Assembly: GCF_009914755.1 (NCBI RefSeq)
Contig: NC_060948.1
DNA from: the human T2T-CHM13v2.0 reference genome, Homo sapiens
DNA: 64,000 nt
Direction: 5' to 3' (one strand)
Shown here in pieces: positions 18,422-37,766 of the stretch (its first letter is position 1; each line of letters opens with the position of its first letter). The position numbers and the translations under genes are program-made. Under the pieces are notes generated by a model. It saw only the letters and a list, made by a program, of their open reading frames with translations, searched no databases and was not told the origin of the DNA.

Positions 18422-19955
18422 ACGTATACATTATGTATATAATAATATACAGTATCATATATATAATATATATAACCTATGTATAATATTGTTTTACATC
18501 CTGCATCTTATGTTATATATATTGTATAAAATATAATAATTGATAATATATAAGTTTTATAATTATACATTATGACATATAGTATATATTATAATTTATG
18601 ACATATATAATATATGTTATATATCATATATAGAATATAATATACGGTTAATATACGTATTAAATATAAATTATACATTATATATATTATATATAATATA
18701 TCTGTTTTATATAATACCCATTATGCATAATATATATATTATGTCTATGTTATATATAGTATAAAACAACATATAATAATATATAATTGTATATATAAAA
18801 TGCGACATATAATATATATTATATTTTATAACATATGTAATATATATTATATATTATATATAACACGTTGTATGTATAATACCTATATTAAATATATATT
18901 ATATGACTATGTTATTAATTACATGTCACATGTGTTATATATTATATATTTTACATAGAATATACCGGTTACATACAATATATACTATGTTACCTGTAAT
19001 GTATAATTTATTACATGTAAAATAAAGAATGCAATATATTATGTATAATTTATAATATACCATATGTGGAATGTGATATATATAACATATAATATATGAT
19101 ATATGATGTACAGTATATGATATATAACATACAATATATGATTCCTAATATATATGGTATACAATATATATTTTATGATATGTATTCTATATGTTTTATA
19201 TTCTGTTATATATAACTATTTGAAATTATATATAACTGTATAATATTTTATGTAAATATGTAATATAATATATATAACTATATAATATATTATATATAAC
19301 TATATATTATGTTATATATACTTTTATAACATAATTTACATAAAATATCATAATATAATATATATTATATTATTTCATATTACATAATATATATTACATA
19401 TCAACCAATATAACTAACATACATAATATTATAATATAGATTACATTATGTTATATTAAATATCATATATATCATGTATCATATATTCTATAATATATAT
19501 TACACATTATATAATATGTATGTTGTCTATTATGTGATATATATAACTATATATATAATTATATTTTTATACATATAACTAGATCAACATGTAATTCTAC
19601 GTATTTTCATTTATAATATGTAGAATTATATAATCATATATAATTATTTATATTCTATAAATAATTTTATCATTATATAAATTATAATATATAAAAATTA
19701 TAATATGTACTACAAATATATATATTATATATCATATATGATATAGTACCTTTGTTATATTTCATAATACATATAAATGTGTATTATGTTATCTATAATT
19801 ATATAATTTCATTTATAAGATGTATAATATGTATCATATATTATATATGTTATGTAATATATATAGTATATATAAGATGACACAGGATAAATATTATATA
19901 CTATGACATATAAAATATATGAGGTTATATGTTACATATAAGGCATAGCACATAA

Positions 19956-20270
<315 letters not shown>

Positions 20271-20841
20271 AGATCCATATTTTTTAAATGAAAAAAAATT
20301 TCAAAGGTACTCTGCTTGGTACAATAATCAAATGTATAAACTGAGGAATAAAACATAACCATGAAACCTACTTATAACTGCATATGGAAAATACAGAGGA
20401 TAATTTTTTAAATAACATATTTTGAAAGCCTTAACTAGTAATTTGAAGAGTTGGCATTTGAAAGGCCAGTATGAATATACCTTCAAAGCAGCAACACAGG
20501 TTCCCCATGAGAAAAAGCAAACACAGGGAAAATAAAAACACAAAGGTTCAATCTCTTCTGACCTTTGAAAGACACAGCACAGACAGTGGTCCTTAGGACG
20601 AAGAGCAGGAGACCCCTAATTCCGTCACCATGGCGATAGGGCATAAACATTGCTGGGTGAGGGCACAATCCACATTGTGAGGTCCAACTGCTGCCCGGAA
20701 GACAGGAGTGCTTTTACATAGACCGAAAGGTCATTGAAGGCTCAGAGTTTTGTTTCAAGAACTGAATCCCAAGCCCACACGTTATTAGGCTGCGCTTCTT
20801 AAAACAAGTTATGAGATGGGAAAAAGGGCACCCACAAACAT
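20271..20841. repeat. HSATI segment, unit 9
   Basis: Near-identical to 920-1490. Confidence 0.8.
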
Positions 20842-22398
20842 ACGTATACATTATGTATATAATAATATACAGTATCATATATATAATATATATAACCTAT
20901 GTATAATATTGTTTTACATCCTGCATCTTATGTTATATATATTGTATAAAATATAATAATTGATAATATATAAGTTTTATAATTATACAATATGACATAT
21001 AGTATATATTATAATTTATGACATATATAATATATGTTATATATCATATATAGAATATATTATACGGTTAATATACGTATTAAATATAAATTATACATTA
21101 TATATATTATATATAATATATCTGTTATATATAATACCCATTATGCATAATATATATATTATGTCTATGTTATATATAGTATAAAACAACATATAATAAT
21201 ATATAATTGTATATATAAAATGCGACATAGAATATATATTATATTTTATAACATATGTAATATATATTATATATTATATATAATACGTTGTATGTATAAT
21301 ACCTATATTAAATATATATTATATGACTATGTTACTAATTACATGTCACATGTGTTATATATTATATATTTTACATAGAATATACCGGTTACATACAATA
21401 TATACTATGTTACCTGTAATGTATAATTTATTACATGTAAAATAAAGAATGCAATATATTATGTATAATTTATAATATACAATATGTGCAATGTGATATA
21501 TATAACATATAATATATGATATATGATGTACAGTATATGATATATAACATACAATATATGATTCCTAATATATATGGTATACAATATATATTTTATGATA
21601 TGTATTCTATATGTTTTATATTCTGTTATATATAACTATTTGAAATTATATATAACTGTATAATATTTTATGTAAATATGTAATATAATATATATAACTA
21701 TATAATATATTATATATAACTATATATTATGTTATATATACTTTTATAACATAATTTACATAAAATATCATAATATAATATATATTATATTATTTCATAT
21801 TACATAATATATATTACATATCAACCAATATAACTAACATACATAATATTATAATATAGATTACATTATGTTATATTAAATATCATATATATCATGTATC
21901 ATATATTCTATAATATATATTACACATTATATAATATGTATGTTGTCTATTATGTGATATATATAACTATATATATAATTATATTTTTATACATACAACT
22001 AGATAAACATGTAATTCTACGTATTTTCATTTATAATATATAGAATTATATAATCATATATAATTATTTATATTCTATAAAAAATTTTATCATTATATAA
22101 ATTATAATATATAAAAATTATAATATGTACTACAAATATATATATTATATATCATATATGATATAGTACCTTTGTTATATTTCATAATACATATAAATGT
22201 GTATTATGTTATCTATAATTATATAATTTCATTTATAAGATGTATAATATATATCATATATTATATATGTTATGTAATATATATAGTATATATAAGATGA
22301 CACAGGATAAATATTATATACTATGACATATAAAATATATGAGGTTATATGTTACATATAAGGCATAGCACATAACATGTAATATATATCATATATAA

Positions 22399-22690
22399 TT
22401 TTTTTTTAGACAGAATCTTGTCCTGTTGCACAGGGTGGGGTACAATGGCGCCATCTTTGCTCACTGCAACTTCTGCCTCACGGGTCCAAGCGATGGTCCT
22501 CCCTCAGCCTCCCAGGTAGCTGGGACTACACCACACTGGGACTACACCAGCTGCCACCATGCCTAGCTAATTTTTTGGATTTTTAGTAGTGACAGCGTTT
22601 CACTGTATTGGCCAGGATGGTCTTGATCTCTTCACCTTGTGATCCCCTTGCCTTGGCCTCCAAATTTGCTGGGATTACAGGCCTGAGCCA
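22399..22690 (-). mobile_element. Alu fragment, unit 10
   Basis: Near-identical to 628-919. Confidence 0.95.
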
Positions 22691-23261
22691 AGATCCGTAT
22701 TTTTTAAATGAAAAAAAATTTCAAAGGTACTCTGCTTGGTACAATAATCAAATGTATAAACTGAGGAATAAAACATAACCATGAAACCTACTTATAACTG
22801 CATATGGAAAATACAGAGGATAATTTTTTAAATAACATATTTTGAAAGCCTTAACTAGTAATTTGAAGAGTTGGCATTTGAAAGGCCAGTATGAATATAC
22901 CTTCAAAGCAGCAACACAGGTTCCCCATGAGAAAAAGCAAACACAGGGAAAATAAAAACACAAAGGTTCAATCTCTTCTGACCTTTGAAAGACACAGCAC
23001 AGACAGTGGTCCTTAGGACGAAGAGCAGGAGACCCCTAATTCCGTCACCATGGCGATAGGGCATAAACATTGCTGGGTGAGGGCACAATCCACATTGTGA
23101 GGTCCAACTGCTGCCAGGAAGACAGGAGTGCTTTTACATAGACCGAAAGGTCATTGAAGGCTCAGAGTTTTGTTTCAAGAACTGAATCCCAAGCCCACAC
23201 GTTATTAGGCTGCGCTTCTTAAAACAAGTAATGAGATGGGAAAAAGGGCACCCACAAACAT
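22691..23261. repeat. HSATI segment, unit 10
   Basis: Near-identical to 920-1490. Confidence 0.8.
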
Positions 23262-24791
23262 ACGTATACATTATGTATATAATAATATACAGTATCATAT
23301 ATATAATATATATAACCTATGTATAATATTGTTTTACATCCTGCATCTTGTTATATATATTGTATAAAATATAATAATTGATAATATATAAGTTTTATAA
23401 TTATACAATATGACATATAGTATATATTATAATTTATGACATATATAATATATGTTATATATCATATATGGAATATATTATACGGTTAATATACGTATTA
23501 AATATAAATTATACATTATATATATTATATATAATATATCTGTTATATATAATACCCATTATGCATAATATATATATTATGTCTATGTTATATATAGTAT
23601 AAAACAACATATAATAATATATAATTGTATATATAAAATGCGACATATAATATATATTATATTTTATAACATATGTAATATATATTATATATTATATATA
23701 ATACGTTGTATGTATAATACCTATATAAAATATATATTATATGACTATGTTATTAATTACATGTCACATGTGTTATATATTATATATTTTACATAGAATA
23801 TACCGGTTACATACAAAATATACTATGTTACCTATAATGTATAATTTATTACATGTAAAATAAAGAATGCAATATATTATGTATAATTTATAATATACAA
23901 TATGTGGAATGTGATATATGTAACATATAATATATGATATATGATATACAGTATATGATATATAACATACAATATATGATTCCTAATATATATGGTATAC
24001 AATATATATTTTATGATATGTATTCTATATGTTTTATATTCTGTTATATATAACTATTTGAAATTATATATAACTGTATAATATTTTATGTAAATATGTA
24101 ATGTAATATATAACTATATAATATATTATATATAACTATATATTATGTTATATATACTTTTATAACATAATTTACATAAAATATCATAATATAATATATA
24201 TTATATTATTTCATATTACATAATATATATTACATATCAACCAATATAACTAACATACATAATATTATAATATAGATTATATTATGTTATATTAAATATC
24301 ATATATATCATGTATCATATATTCTATAATATATATTACACATTATATAATATGTATGTTGTCTATTATGTGATATATATAACTATATATATAATTATAT
24401 TTTTATACATATAACTAGATAAACATGTAATTCTACATATTTTCATTTATAATATGTAGAATTATATAATCATATATAATTATTTATATTCTATAAAAAA
24501 TTTTATCATTATATAAATTATAATATATAAAAATTATAATATGTACTACAAATATATATATTATATATCATATATGATATAGTACCTTTGTTATATATCA
24601 TAATACATATAAATGTGTATTATGTTATCAATAATTATATAATTTCATATATAAGATGTATAATATGTATCATATATTATATATGTTATGTAATATATAT
24701 AGTATATATAAGATGACACAGGATAAATATTATATACTATGACATATAAAATATATGAGGTTATATGTTACATATAAGGCATAGCACATAA

Positions 24792-25106
<315 letters not shown>

Positions 25107-25677
25107 AGATCCGTATTTTTTAAATGAAAAAAAATTTCAAAGGTACTCTGCTTGGTACAATAATCAAATGTATAAACTGAGGAATAAAACATAACCATGA
25201 AACCTACGTATAACTGCATATGGAAAATACAGAGGATAATTTTTTAAATAACATATTTTGAAAGCCTTAACTAGTAATTTGAAGAGTTGGCATTTGAAAG
25301 GCCAGTATGAATATACCTTCAAAGCAGCAACACAGGTTCCCCATGAGAAAAAGCAAACACAGGGAAAATAAAAACACAAAGGTTCAATCTCTTCTGACCT
25401 TTGAAAGACACAGCACAGACAGTGGTCCTTAGGACGAAGAGCAGGAGACCCCTAATTCCGTCACCATGGCGATAGGGCATAAACATTGCTGGGTGAGGGC
25501 ACAATCCACATTGTGAGGTCCAACTGCTGCCAGGAAGACAGGAGTGCTTTTACATAGACCGAAAGGTCATTGAAGGCTCAGAGTTTTGTTTCAAGAACTG
25601 AATCCCAAGCCCACACGTTATTAGGCTGCGCTTCTTAAAACAAGTTATGAGATGGGAAAAAGGGCACCCACAAACAT
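25107..25677. repeat. HSATI segment, unit 11
   Basis: Near-identical to 920-1490. Confidence 0.8.
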
Positions 25678-27209
25678 ACGTATACATTATGTATATAATA
25701 ATATACAGTATCATATATATAATATATATAACCTATGTATAATATTGTTTTACATCCTGCATCTTATGTTATATATATTGTATAAAATATAATAATTGAT
25801 AATATATAAGTTTTATAATTATACAATATGACATATAGTATATATTATAATTTAAGACATATATAATATATGTTATATATCATATATAGAATATATTATA
25901 CGGTTAATATACGTATTAAATATAAATTATACATTATATATATCATATATAATATATCTGTTATATATAATACCCATTATGCATAATATATATATTATGT
26001 CTATGTTATATATAGTATAAAACAACATATAATAATATATAATTGTATATATAAAATGCGACATAGAATATATATTATATTTTATAACATATGTAATATA
26101 TATTATATATTATATATAATACGTTGTATGTATAATACCTATATTAAATATATATTATATGACTATGTTATTAATTACATGTCACATGTGTTATATATTA
26201 TATATTTTACATAGAATATACCGGTTACATACAATATATACTATGTTACCTATAATGTATAATTTATTACATGTAAAATAAAGAATGCAATATATTATGT
26301 ATAATTTATAATATACAATATGTGGAATGTGATATATGTAACATATAATATATGATATATGATATACAGTATATGATATATAACATACAATATATGATTC
26401 CTAATATATATGGTATACAATATATATTTTATGATATGTATTCTATATGTTTTATATTCTGTTATATATAACTATTTGAAATTATATATAACTGTATAAT
26501 ATTTTATGTAAATATGTAATGTAATATATAACTATATAATATATTATATATAACTATATATTATGTTATATATACTTTTATAACATAATTTACATAAAAT
26601 ATCATAATATTATATATATTATATTATTTCATATTACATAATATATATTACATATCAACCAATATAACTAACATACATAATATTATAATATAGATTATAT
26701 TATGTTACATTAAATATCATATATATCATGTATCATATATTCTATAATATATATTACACATTATATAATATGTATGTTGTCTATTATGTGATATATATAA
26801 CTATATATATAATTATATTTTTATACATATAACTAGATAAACATGTAATTCTACATATTTTCATTTATAATATGTAGAATTATATAATCATATATAATTA
26901 TTTATATTCTATAAAAAATTTTATCATTATATAAATTATAATATATAAAAATTATAATATGTACTACAAATATATATATTATATATCATATATGATATAG
27001 TACCTTTGTTATATATCATAATACATATAAATGTGTATTATGTTATCTATAATTATATAATTTCATATATAAGATGTATAATATGTATCATATATTATAT
27101 ATGTTATGTAATATATATAGTATATATAAGATGACACAGGATAAATATTATATACTATGACATATAAAATATATGAGGTTATATGTTACATATAAGGCAT
27201 AGCACATAA

Positions 27210-27524
<315 letters not shown>

Positions 27525-28095
27525 AGATCCGTATTTTTTAAATGAAAAAAAATTTCAAAGGTACTCTGCTTGGTACAATAATCAAATGTATAAACTGAGG
27601 AATAAAACATAACCATGAAACCTACTTATAACTGCATATGGAAAATACAGAGGATAATTTTTTAAATAACATATTTTGAAAGCCTTAACTAGTAATTTGA
27701 AGAGTTGGCATTTGAAAGGCCAGTATGAATATACCTTCAAAGCAGCAACACAGGTTCCCCATGAGAAAAAGCAAACACAGGGAAAATAAAAACACAAAGG
27801 TTCAATCTCTTCTGACCTTTGAAAGACACAGCACAGACAGTGGTCCTTAGGACGAAGAGCAGGAGACCCCTAATTCCGTCACCATGGCGATAGGGCATAA
27901 ACATTGCTGGGTGAGGGCACAATCCACATTGTGAGGTCCAACTGCTGCCAGGAAGACAGGAGTGCTTTTACATAGACCGAAAGGTCATTGAAGGCTCAGA
28001 GTTTTGTTTCAAGAACTGAATCCCAAGCCCACACGTTATTAGGCTGCGCTTCTTAAAACAAGTTATGAGATGGGAAAAAGGGCACCCACAAACAT
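27525..28095. repeat. HSATI segment, unit 12
   Basis: Near-identical to 920-1490. Confidence 0.8.
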
Positions 28096-29629
28096 ACGTA
28101 TACATTATGTATATAATAATATACAGTATCATATATATAATATATATAACCTATGTATAATATTGTTTTACATCCTGCATCTTATGTTATATATATTGTA
28201 TAAAATATAATAATTGATAATATATAAGTTTTATAATTATACAATATGACATATAGTATATATTATAATTTATGACATATATAATATATGTTATATGTCA
28301 TATATAGAATATATTATACGGTTAATATACGTATTAAATATAAATTATACATTATATATATTATATATAATATATCTGTTATATATAATACCCATTATGC
28401 ATAATATATATATTATGTCTACGTTATATATAGTATAAAACAACATATAATAATATATAATTGTATATATAAAATGCGACATAGAATATATATTATATTT
28501 TATAACAAATGTAATATATATTATATATTATATATAAAACGTTGTATGTATAATACCTATATTAAATATATATTATATGACTATGTTATTAATTACATGT
28601 CACATGTGTTATATATTATATATTTTACATAGAATATACCGGTTACATACAATATACACTATGTTACCTATAATGTATAATTTATTACATGTAAAATAAA
28701 GAATGCAATATATTATGTATAATTTATAATATACAATATGTGGAATGTGATATATATAACATATAATATATGATATATGATATACAGTATATGATATATA
28801 ACATACAATATATGATTCCTAATATATATGGTATACAATATATATTTTATGATATGTATTCTATATGTTTTATATTCTGTTATATATAACTAGTTGAAAT
28901 TATATATAACTGTATAATATTTTATGTAAATATGTAATATAATATATATAACTATATAATATATTATATATAACTATATATTATGTTATATATACTTTTA
29001 TAACATAATTTACATAAAATATCATAACGTAATATATATTATATTATTTCATATTACATAATATATATTACATATCACCCAATATAACTAACATACATAA
29101 TATTATAATATAGATTATATTATGTTATATTAAATATCATATATATCATGTATCATATATTCTATAATATATATTACACATTATATAATATGTATGTTGT
29201 CTATTATGTGATATATATAACTATATATATAATTATATTTTTATACATATAACTAGATAAACATGTAATTCTACATTTTTTCATTTATAATATGTAGAAT
29301 TATATAATCATATATAATTATTTATATTCTATAAAAAATTTTATCATTATATAAATTATAATATATAAAAATTATAATATGTACTACAAATATATATATT
29401 ATATATCATATATGATATAGTACCTTTGTTATATATCATAATACATATAAATGTGTATTATGTTATCTATAATTATATAATTTCATATATAAGATGTATA
29501 ATATGTATCATATATTATATATGTTATGTAATATATATAGTATATATAAGATGACACAGGATAAATATTATATACTATGACATATAAAATATATGAGGTT
29601 ATATGTTACATATAAGGCATAGCACATAA

Positions 29630-29944
<315 letters not shown>

Positions 29945-30515
29945 AGATCCGTATTTTTTAAATGAAAAAAAATTTCAAAGGTACTCTGCTTGGTACAATA
30001 ATCAAATGTATAAACTGAGGAATAAAACATAACCATGAAACCTACTTATAACTGCATATGGAAAATACAGAGGATAATTTTTTAAATAACATATTTTGAA
30101 AGCCTTAACTAGTAATTTGAAGAGTTGGCATTTGAAAGGCCAGTATGAATATACCTTCAAAGCAGCAACACAGGTTCCCCATGAGAAAAAGCAAACACAG
30201 GGAAAATAAAAACACAAAGGTTCAATCTCTTCTGACCTTTGAAAGACACAGCACAGACAGTGGTCCTTAGGACGAAGAGCAGGAGACCCCTAATTCCGTC
30301 ACCATGGCGATAGGGCATAAACATTGCTGGGTGAGGGCACAATCCACATTGTGAGGTCCAACTGCTGCCAGGAAGACAGGAGTGCTTTTACATAGACCGA
30401 AAGGTCATTGAAGGCTCAGAGTTTTGTTTCAAGAACTGAATCCCAAGCCCACACGTTATTAGGCTGCGCTTCTTAAAACAAGTTATGAGATGGGAAAAAG
30501 GGCACCCACAAACAT
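29945..30515. repeat. HSATI segment, unit 13
   Basis: Near-identical to 920-1490. Confidence 0.8.
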
Positions 30516-32047
30516 ACGTATACATTATGTATATAATAATATACAGTATCATATATATAATATATATAACCTATGTATAATATTGTTTTACATCCTGCAT
30601 CTTATGTTATATATATTGTATAAAATATAATAATTGATAATATATAAGTTTTATAATTATACAATATGACATATAGTATATATTATAATTTATGACATAT
30701 ATAATATATGTTATATATCATATATAGAATATATTATACGGTTAATATACGTATTAAATATAAATTATACATTATATATATTATATATAATATATCTGTT
30801 ATATATAATACCCATTATGCATAATATATATATTATGTCTATGTTATATATAGTATAAAACAACATATAATAATATATAATTGTATATATAAAATGCGAC
30901 ATAGAATATATATTATATTTTATAACATATGTAATATATATTATATATTATATATAATACGTTGTATGTATAATACCTATATTAAATATATATTATATGA
31001 CTATGTTATTAATTACATGTCACATGTGTTATATATTATATATTTTACATAGAATATACCGGTTACATACAATATATACTATGTTACCTATAATGTATAA
31101 TTTATTACATGTAAAATAAAGAATGCAATATATTATGTATAATTTATAATATACAATATGTGGAATGTGATATATGTAACATATAATATATGATATATGA
31201 TATACAGTATATGATATATAACATACAATATATGATTCCTAATATATATGGTATACAATATATATTTTATGATATGTATTCTATGTGTTTTATATTCTGT
31301 TATATATAACTATTTGAAATTATATATAACTGTATAATATTTTATGTAAATATGTAATGTAATATATAACTATATAATATATTATATATAACTATATATT
31401 ATGTTATATATACTTTTATAACATAATTTACATAAAATATCATAATATAATATATATTATATTATTTCATATTACATAATATATATTACATATCAACCAA
31501 TATAACTAACATACATAATATTATAATATAGATTATATTATGTTATATTAAATATCATATATATCATGTATCATATATTCTATAATATATATTACACATT
31601 ATATAATATGTATGTTGTCTATTATGTGATATATATAACTCTATATATAATTATATTTTTATACATATAACTAGATAAACATGTAATTCTACATATTTTC
31701 ATTTATAATATGTAGAATTATATAATCATATATAATTATTTATATTCTATAAAAAATTATATCATTATATAAATTATAATATATAAAAATTATAATATGT
31801 ACTACAAATATATATATTATATATCATATATGATATAGTACCTTTGTTATATATCATAATACATATAAATGTGTATTATGTTATCTATAATTATATAATT
31901 TCATATATAAGATGTATAATATGTATCATATATTATATATGTTATGTAATATATATAGTATATATAAGATGACACAGGATAAATATTATATACTATGACA
32001 TATAAAATATATGAGGTTATATGTTACATATAAGGCATAGCACATAA

Positions 32048-32362
<315 letters not shown>

Positions 32363-32933
32363 AGATCCGTATTTTTTAAATGAAAAAAAATTTCAAAGGT
32401 ACTCTGCTTGGTACAATAATCAAATGTATAAACTGAGGAATAAAACATAACCATGAAACCTACTTATAACTGCATATGGAAAATACAGAGGATAATTTTT
32501 TAAATAACATATTTTGAAAGCCTTAACTAGTAATTTGAAGAGTTGGCATTTGAAAGGCCAGTATGAATATACCTTCAAAGCAGCAACACAGGTTCCCCAT
32601 GAGAAAAAGCAAACACAGGGAAAATAAAAACACAAAGGTTCAATCTCTTCTGACCTTTGAAAGACACAGCACAGACAGTGGTCCTTAGGACGAAGAGCAG
32701 GAGACCCCTAATTCCGTCACCATGGCGATAGGGCATAAACATTGCTGGGTGAGGGCACAATCCACATTGTGAGGTCCAACTGCTGCCAGGAAGACAGGAG
32801 TGCTTTTACATAGACCGAAAGGTCATTGAAGGCTCAGAGTTTTGTTTCAAGAACTGAATCCCAAGCCCACACGTTATTAGGCTGCGCTTCTTAAAACAAG
32901 TTATGAGATGGGAAAAAGGGCACCCACAAACAT
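32363..32933. repeat. HSATI segment, unit 14
   Basis: Near-identical to 920-1490. Confidence 0.8.
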
Positions 32934-34460
32934 ACGTATACATTATGTATATAATAATATACAGTATCATATATATAATATATATAACCTATGTATAATA
33001 TTGTTTTACATCCTGCATCTTATGTTATGTATATTGTATAAAATATAATAATTGATAATATATAAGTTTTATAATTATACAATATGACATATAGTATATA
33101 TTATAATTTATGACATATATAATATATGTTATATATCATATATAGAATATATTATACGGTTAATATACGTATTAAATATAAATTATACCTTATATATATT
33201 ATATATAATATATCTGTTATATATAATACCCATTATGCATAATATATATATTATGTCTATGTTATATATAGTATAAAACAACATATAATAATATATAATT
33301 GTATATATAAAATGCGACATAGAATATATATTATATTTTATAACATATGTAATATATATTATATATTATATATAATACGTTGTATGTATAATACCTATAT
33401 TAAATATATATTATATGACTATGTTATTAATTACATGTCACATGTGTTATATATTATATATTTTACATAGAATATACCGGTTACATACAATATATACTAT
33501 GTTACCTATAATGTATAATTTATTACATGTAAAATAAAGAATGCAATATATTATGTATAATTTATAATATACAATATGTGGAATGTGATATATGTAACAT
33601 ATAATATATGATATATGATATACAGTATATGATATATAACATACAATATATGATTCCTAATATATATGGTATACAATATATATTTTATGATATGTATTCT
33701 ATGTGTTTTATATTCTGTTATATATAACTATTTGAAATTATATATAACTGTATAATATTTTATGTAAATATGTAATGTAATATATAACTATATAATATAT
33801 TATATATAACTATATATTATGTTATATATACTTTTATAACATAATTTACATAAAATATCATAATATATATTATATTATTTCATATTACATAATATATATT
33901 ACATATCAACCAATATAACTAACATACATAATATTATAATATAGATTATATTATGTTATATTAAATATCATATATATCATGTATCATATATTCTATAATA
34001 TATATTACACATTATATAATATGTATGTTGTCTATTATGTGATATATATAACTCTATATATAATTATATTTTTATACATATAACTAGATAAACATGTAAT
34101 TCTACATATTTTCATTTATAATATGTAGAATTATATAATCATATATAATTATTTATATTCTATAAAAAATTATATCATTATATAAATTATAATATATAAA
34201 AATTATAATATGTACTACAAATATATATATTATATATCATATATGATATAGTACCTTTGTTATATATCATAATACATATAAATGTGTATTATGTTATCTA
34301 TAATTATATAATTTCATATATAAGATGTATAATATGTATCATATATTATATATGTTATGTAATATATATAGTATATATAAGATGACACAGGATAAATATT
34401 ATATACTATGACATATAAAATATATGAGGTTATATGTTACATATAAGGCATAGCACATAA

Positions 34461-34775
<315 letters not shown>

Positions 34776-35346
34776 AGATCCGTATTTTTTAAATGAAAAA
34801 AAATTTCAAAGGTACTCTGCTTGGTACAATAATCAAATGTATAAACTGAGGAATAAAACATAACCATGAAACCTACTTATAACTGCATATGGAAAATACA
34901 GAGGATAATTTTTTAAATAACATATTTTGAAAGCCTTAACTAGTAATTTGAAGAGTTGGCATTTGAAAGGCCAGTATGAATATACCTTCAAAGCAGCAAC
35001 ACAGGTTCCCCATGAGAAAAAGCAAACACAGGGAAAATAAAACCACAAAGGTTCAATCTCTTCTGACCTTTGAAAGACACAGCACAGACAGTGGTCCTTA
35101 GGACGAAGAGCAGGAGACCCCTAATTCCGTCACCATGGCGATAGGGCATAAACATTGCTGGGTGAGGGCACAATCCACATTGTGAGGTCCAACTGCTGCC
35201 AGGAAGACAGGAGTGCTTTTACATAGACCGAAAGGTCATTGAAGGCTCAGAGTTTTGTTTCAAGAACTGAATCCCAAGCCCACACGTTATTAGGCTGCGC
35301 TTCTTAAAACAAGTTATGAGATGGGAAAAAGGGCACCCACAAACAT
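34776..35346. repeat. HSATI segment, unit 15
   Basis: Near-identical to 920-1490. Confidence 0.8.
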
Positions 35347-36880
35347 ACGTATACATTATGTATATAATAATATACAGTATCATATATATAATATATATAA
35401 CCTATGTATAATATTGTTTTACATCCTGCATCTTATGTTATATGTATTGTATAAAATATAATAATTGATAATATATAAGTTTTATAATTATACAATATGA
35501 CATATAGTATATATTATAATTTATGACATATATAATATATGTTATATATCATATATAGAATATATTATACGGTTAATATACGTATTAAATATAAATTATA
35601 CCTTATATATATTATATATAATATATCTGTTATATATAATACCCATTATGCATAATATATATATTATGTCTATGTTATATATAGTATAAAACAACATATA
35701 ATAATATATAATTGTATATATAAAATGCGACATAGAATATATATTATATTTTATAACATATGTAATATATATTATATATTATATATAATACGTTGTATGT
35801 ATAATACCTATATTAAATATATATTATATGACTATGTTATTAATTACATGTCACATGTGTTATATATTATATATTTTACATAGAATATACCGGTTACATA
35901 CAATATATACTATGTTACCTATAATGTATAATTGATTACATGTAAAATAAACAATGCAATATATTATGTATGATTTATAATATACAATATGTGGAATGTG
36001 ATATATATAACATATAATATATGATATATGATATACAGTATATGATATATAACATACAATATATGATTCCTAATATATATGGTATACAATATATATTTTA
36101 TGATATGTATTCTATATGTTTTATATTCTGTTATATATAACTAGTTGAAATTATATATAACTGTATAATATTTTATGTAAATATGTAATATAATATATAT
36201 AACTATATAATATATTATATATAACTATATATTATGTTATATATACTTTTATAACATAATTTACATAAAATATCATAACGTAATATATATTATATTATTT
36301 CATATTACATAATATATATTACATATCACCCAATATAACTAACATACATAATATTATAATATAGATTATATTATGTTATATTAAATATCATATATATCAT
36401 GTATCATATATTCTATAATATATATTACACATTATATAATATGTATGTCGTCTATTATGTGATATATATAACTCTATATATAATTATATTTTTATACATA
36501 TAACTAGATAAACATGTAATTCTACATATTTTCATTTATAATATGTAGAATTATATAATCATATATAATTATTTATATTCTATAAAAAATTATATCATTA
36601 TATAAATTATAATATATAAAAATTATAATATGTACTACAAATATATATATTATATATCATATATGATATAGTACCTTTGTTATATATCATAATACATATA
36701 AATGTGTATTATGTTATCTATAATTATATAATTTCATATATAAGATGTATAATATGTATCATATATTATATATGTTATGTAATATATATAGTATATATAA
36801 GATGACACAGGATAAATATTATATACTATGACATATAAAATATATGAGGTTATATGTTACATATAAGGCATAGCACATAA

Positions 36881-37195
<315 letters not shown>

Positions 37196-37766
37196 AGATC
37201 CGTATTTTTTAAATGAAAAAAAATTTCAGAGGTACTCTGCTTGGTACAATAATCAAATGTATAAACTGAGGAATAAAACATAACCATGAAACCTACTTAT
37301 AACTGCATATGGAAAATACAGAGGATAATTTTTTAAATAACATATTTTGAAAGCCTTAACTAGTAATTTGAAGAGTTGGCATTTGAAAGGCCAGTATGAA
37401 TATACCTTCAAAGCAGCAACACAGGTTCCCCATGAGAAAAAGCAAACACAGGGAAAATAAAAACACAAAGGTTCAATCTCTTCTGACCTTTGAAAGACAC
37501 AGCACAGACAGTGGTCCTTAGGACGAAGAGCAGGAGACCCCTAATTCCGTCACCATGGCGATAGGGCATAAACATTGCTGGGTGAGGGCACAATCCACAT
37601 TGTGAGGTCCAACTGCTGCCAGGAAGACAGGAGTGCTTTTACATAGACCGAAAGGTCATTGAAGGCTCAGAGTTTTGTTTCAAGAACTGAATCCCAAGCC
37701 CACGCGTTATTAGGCTGCGCTTCTTAAAACAAGTTATGAGATGGGAAAAAGGGCACCCACAAACAT
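37196..37766. repeat. HSATI segment, unit 16
   Basis: Near-identical to 920-1490. Confidence 0.8.
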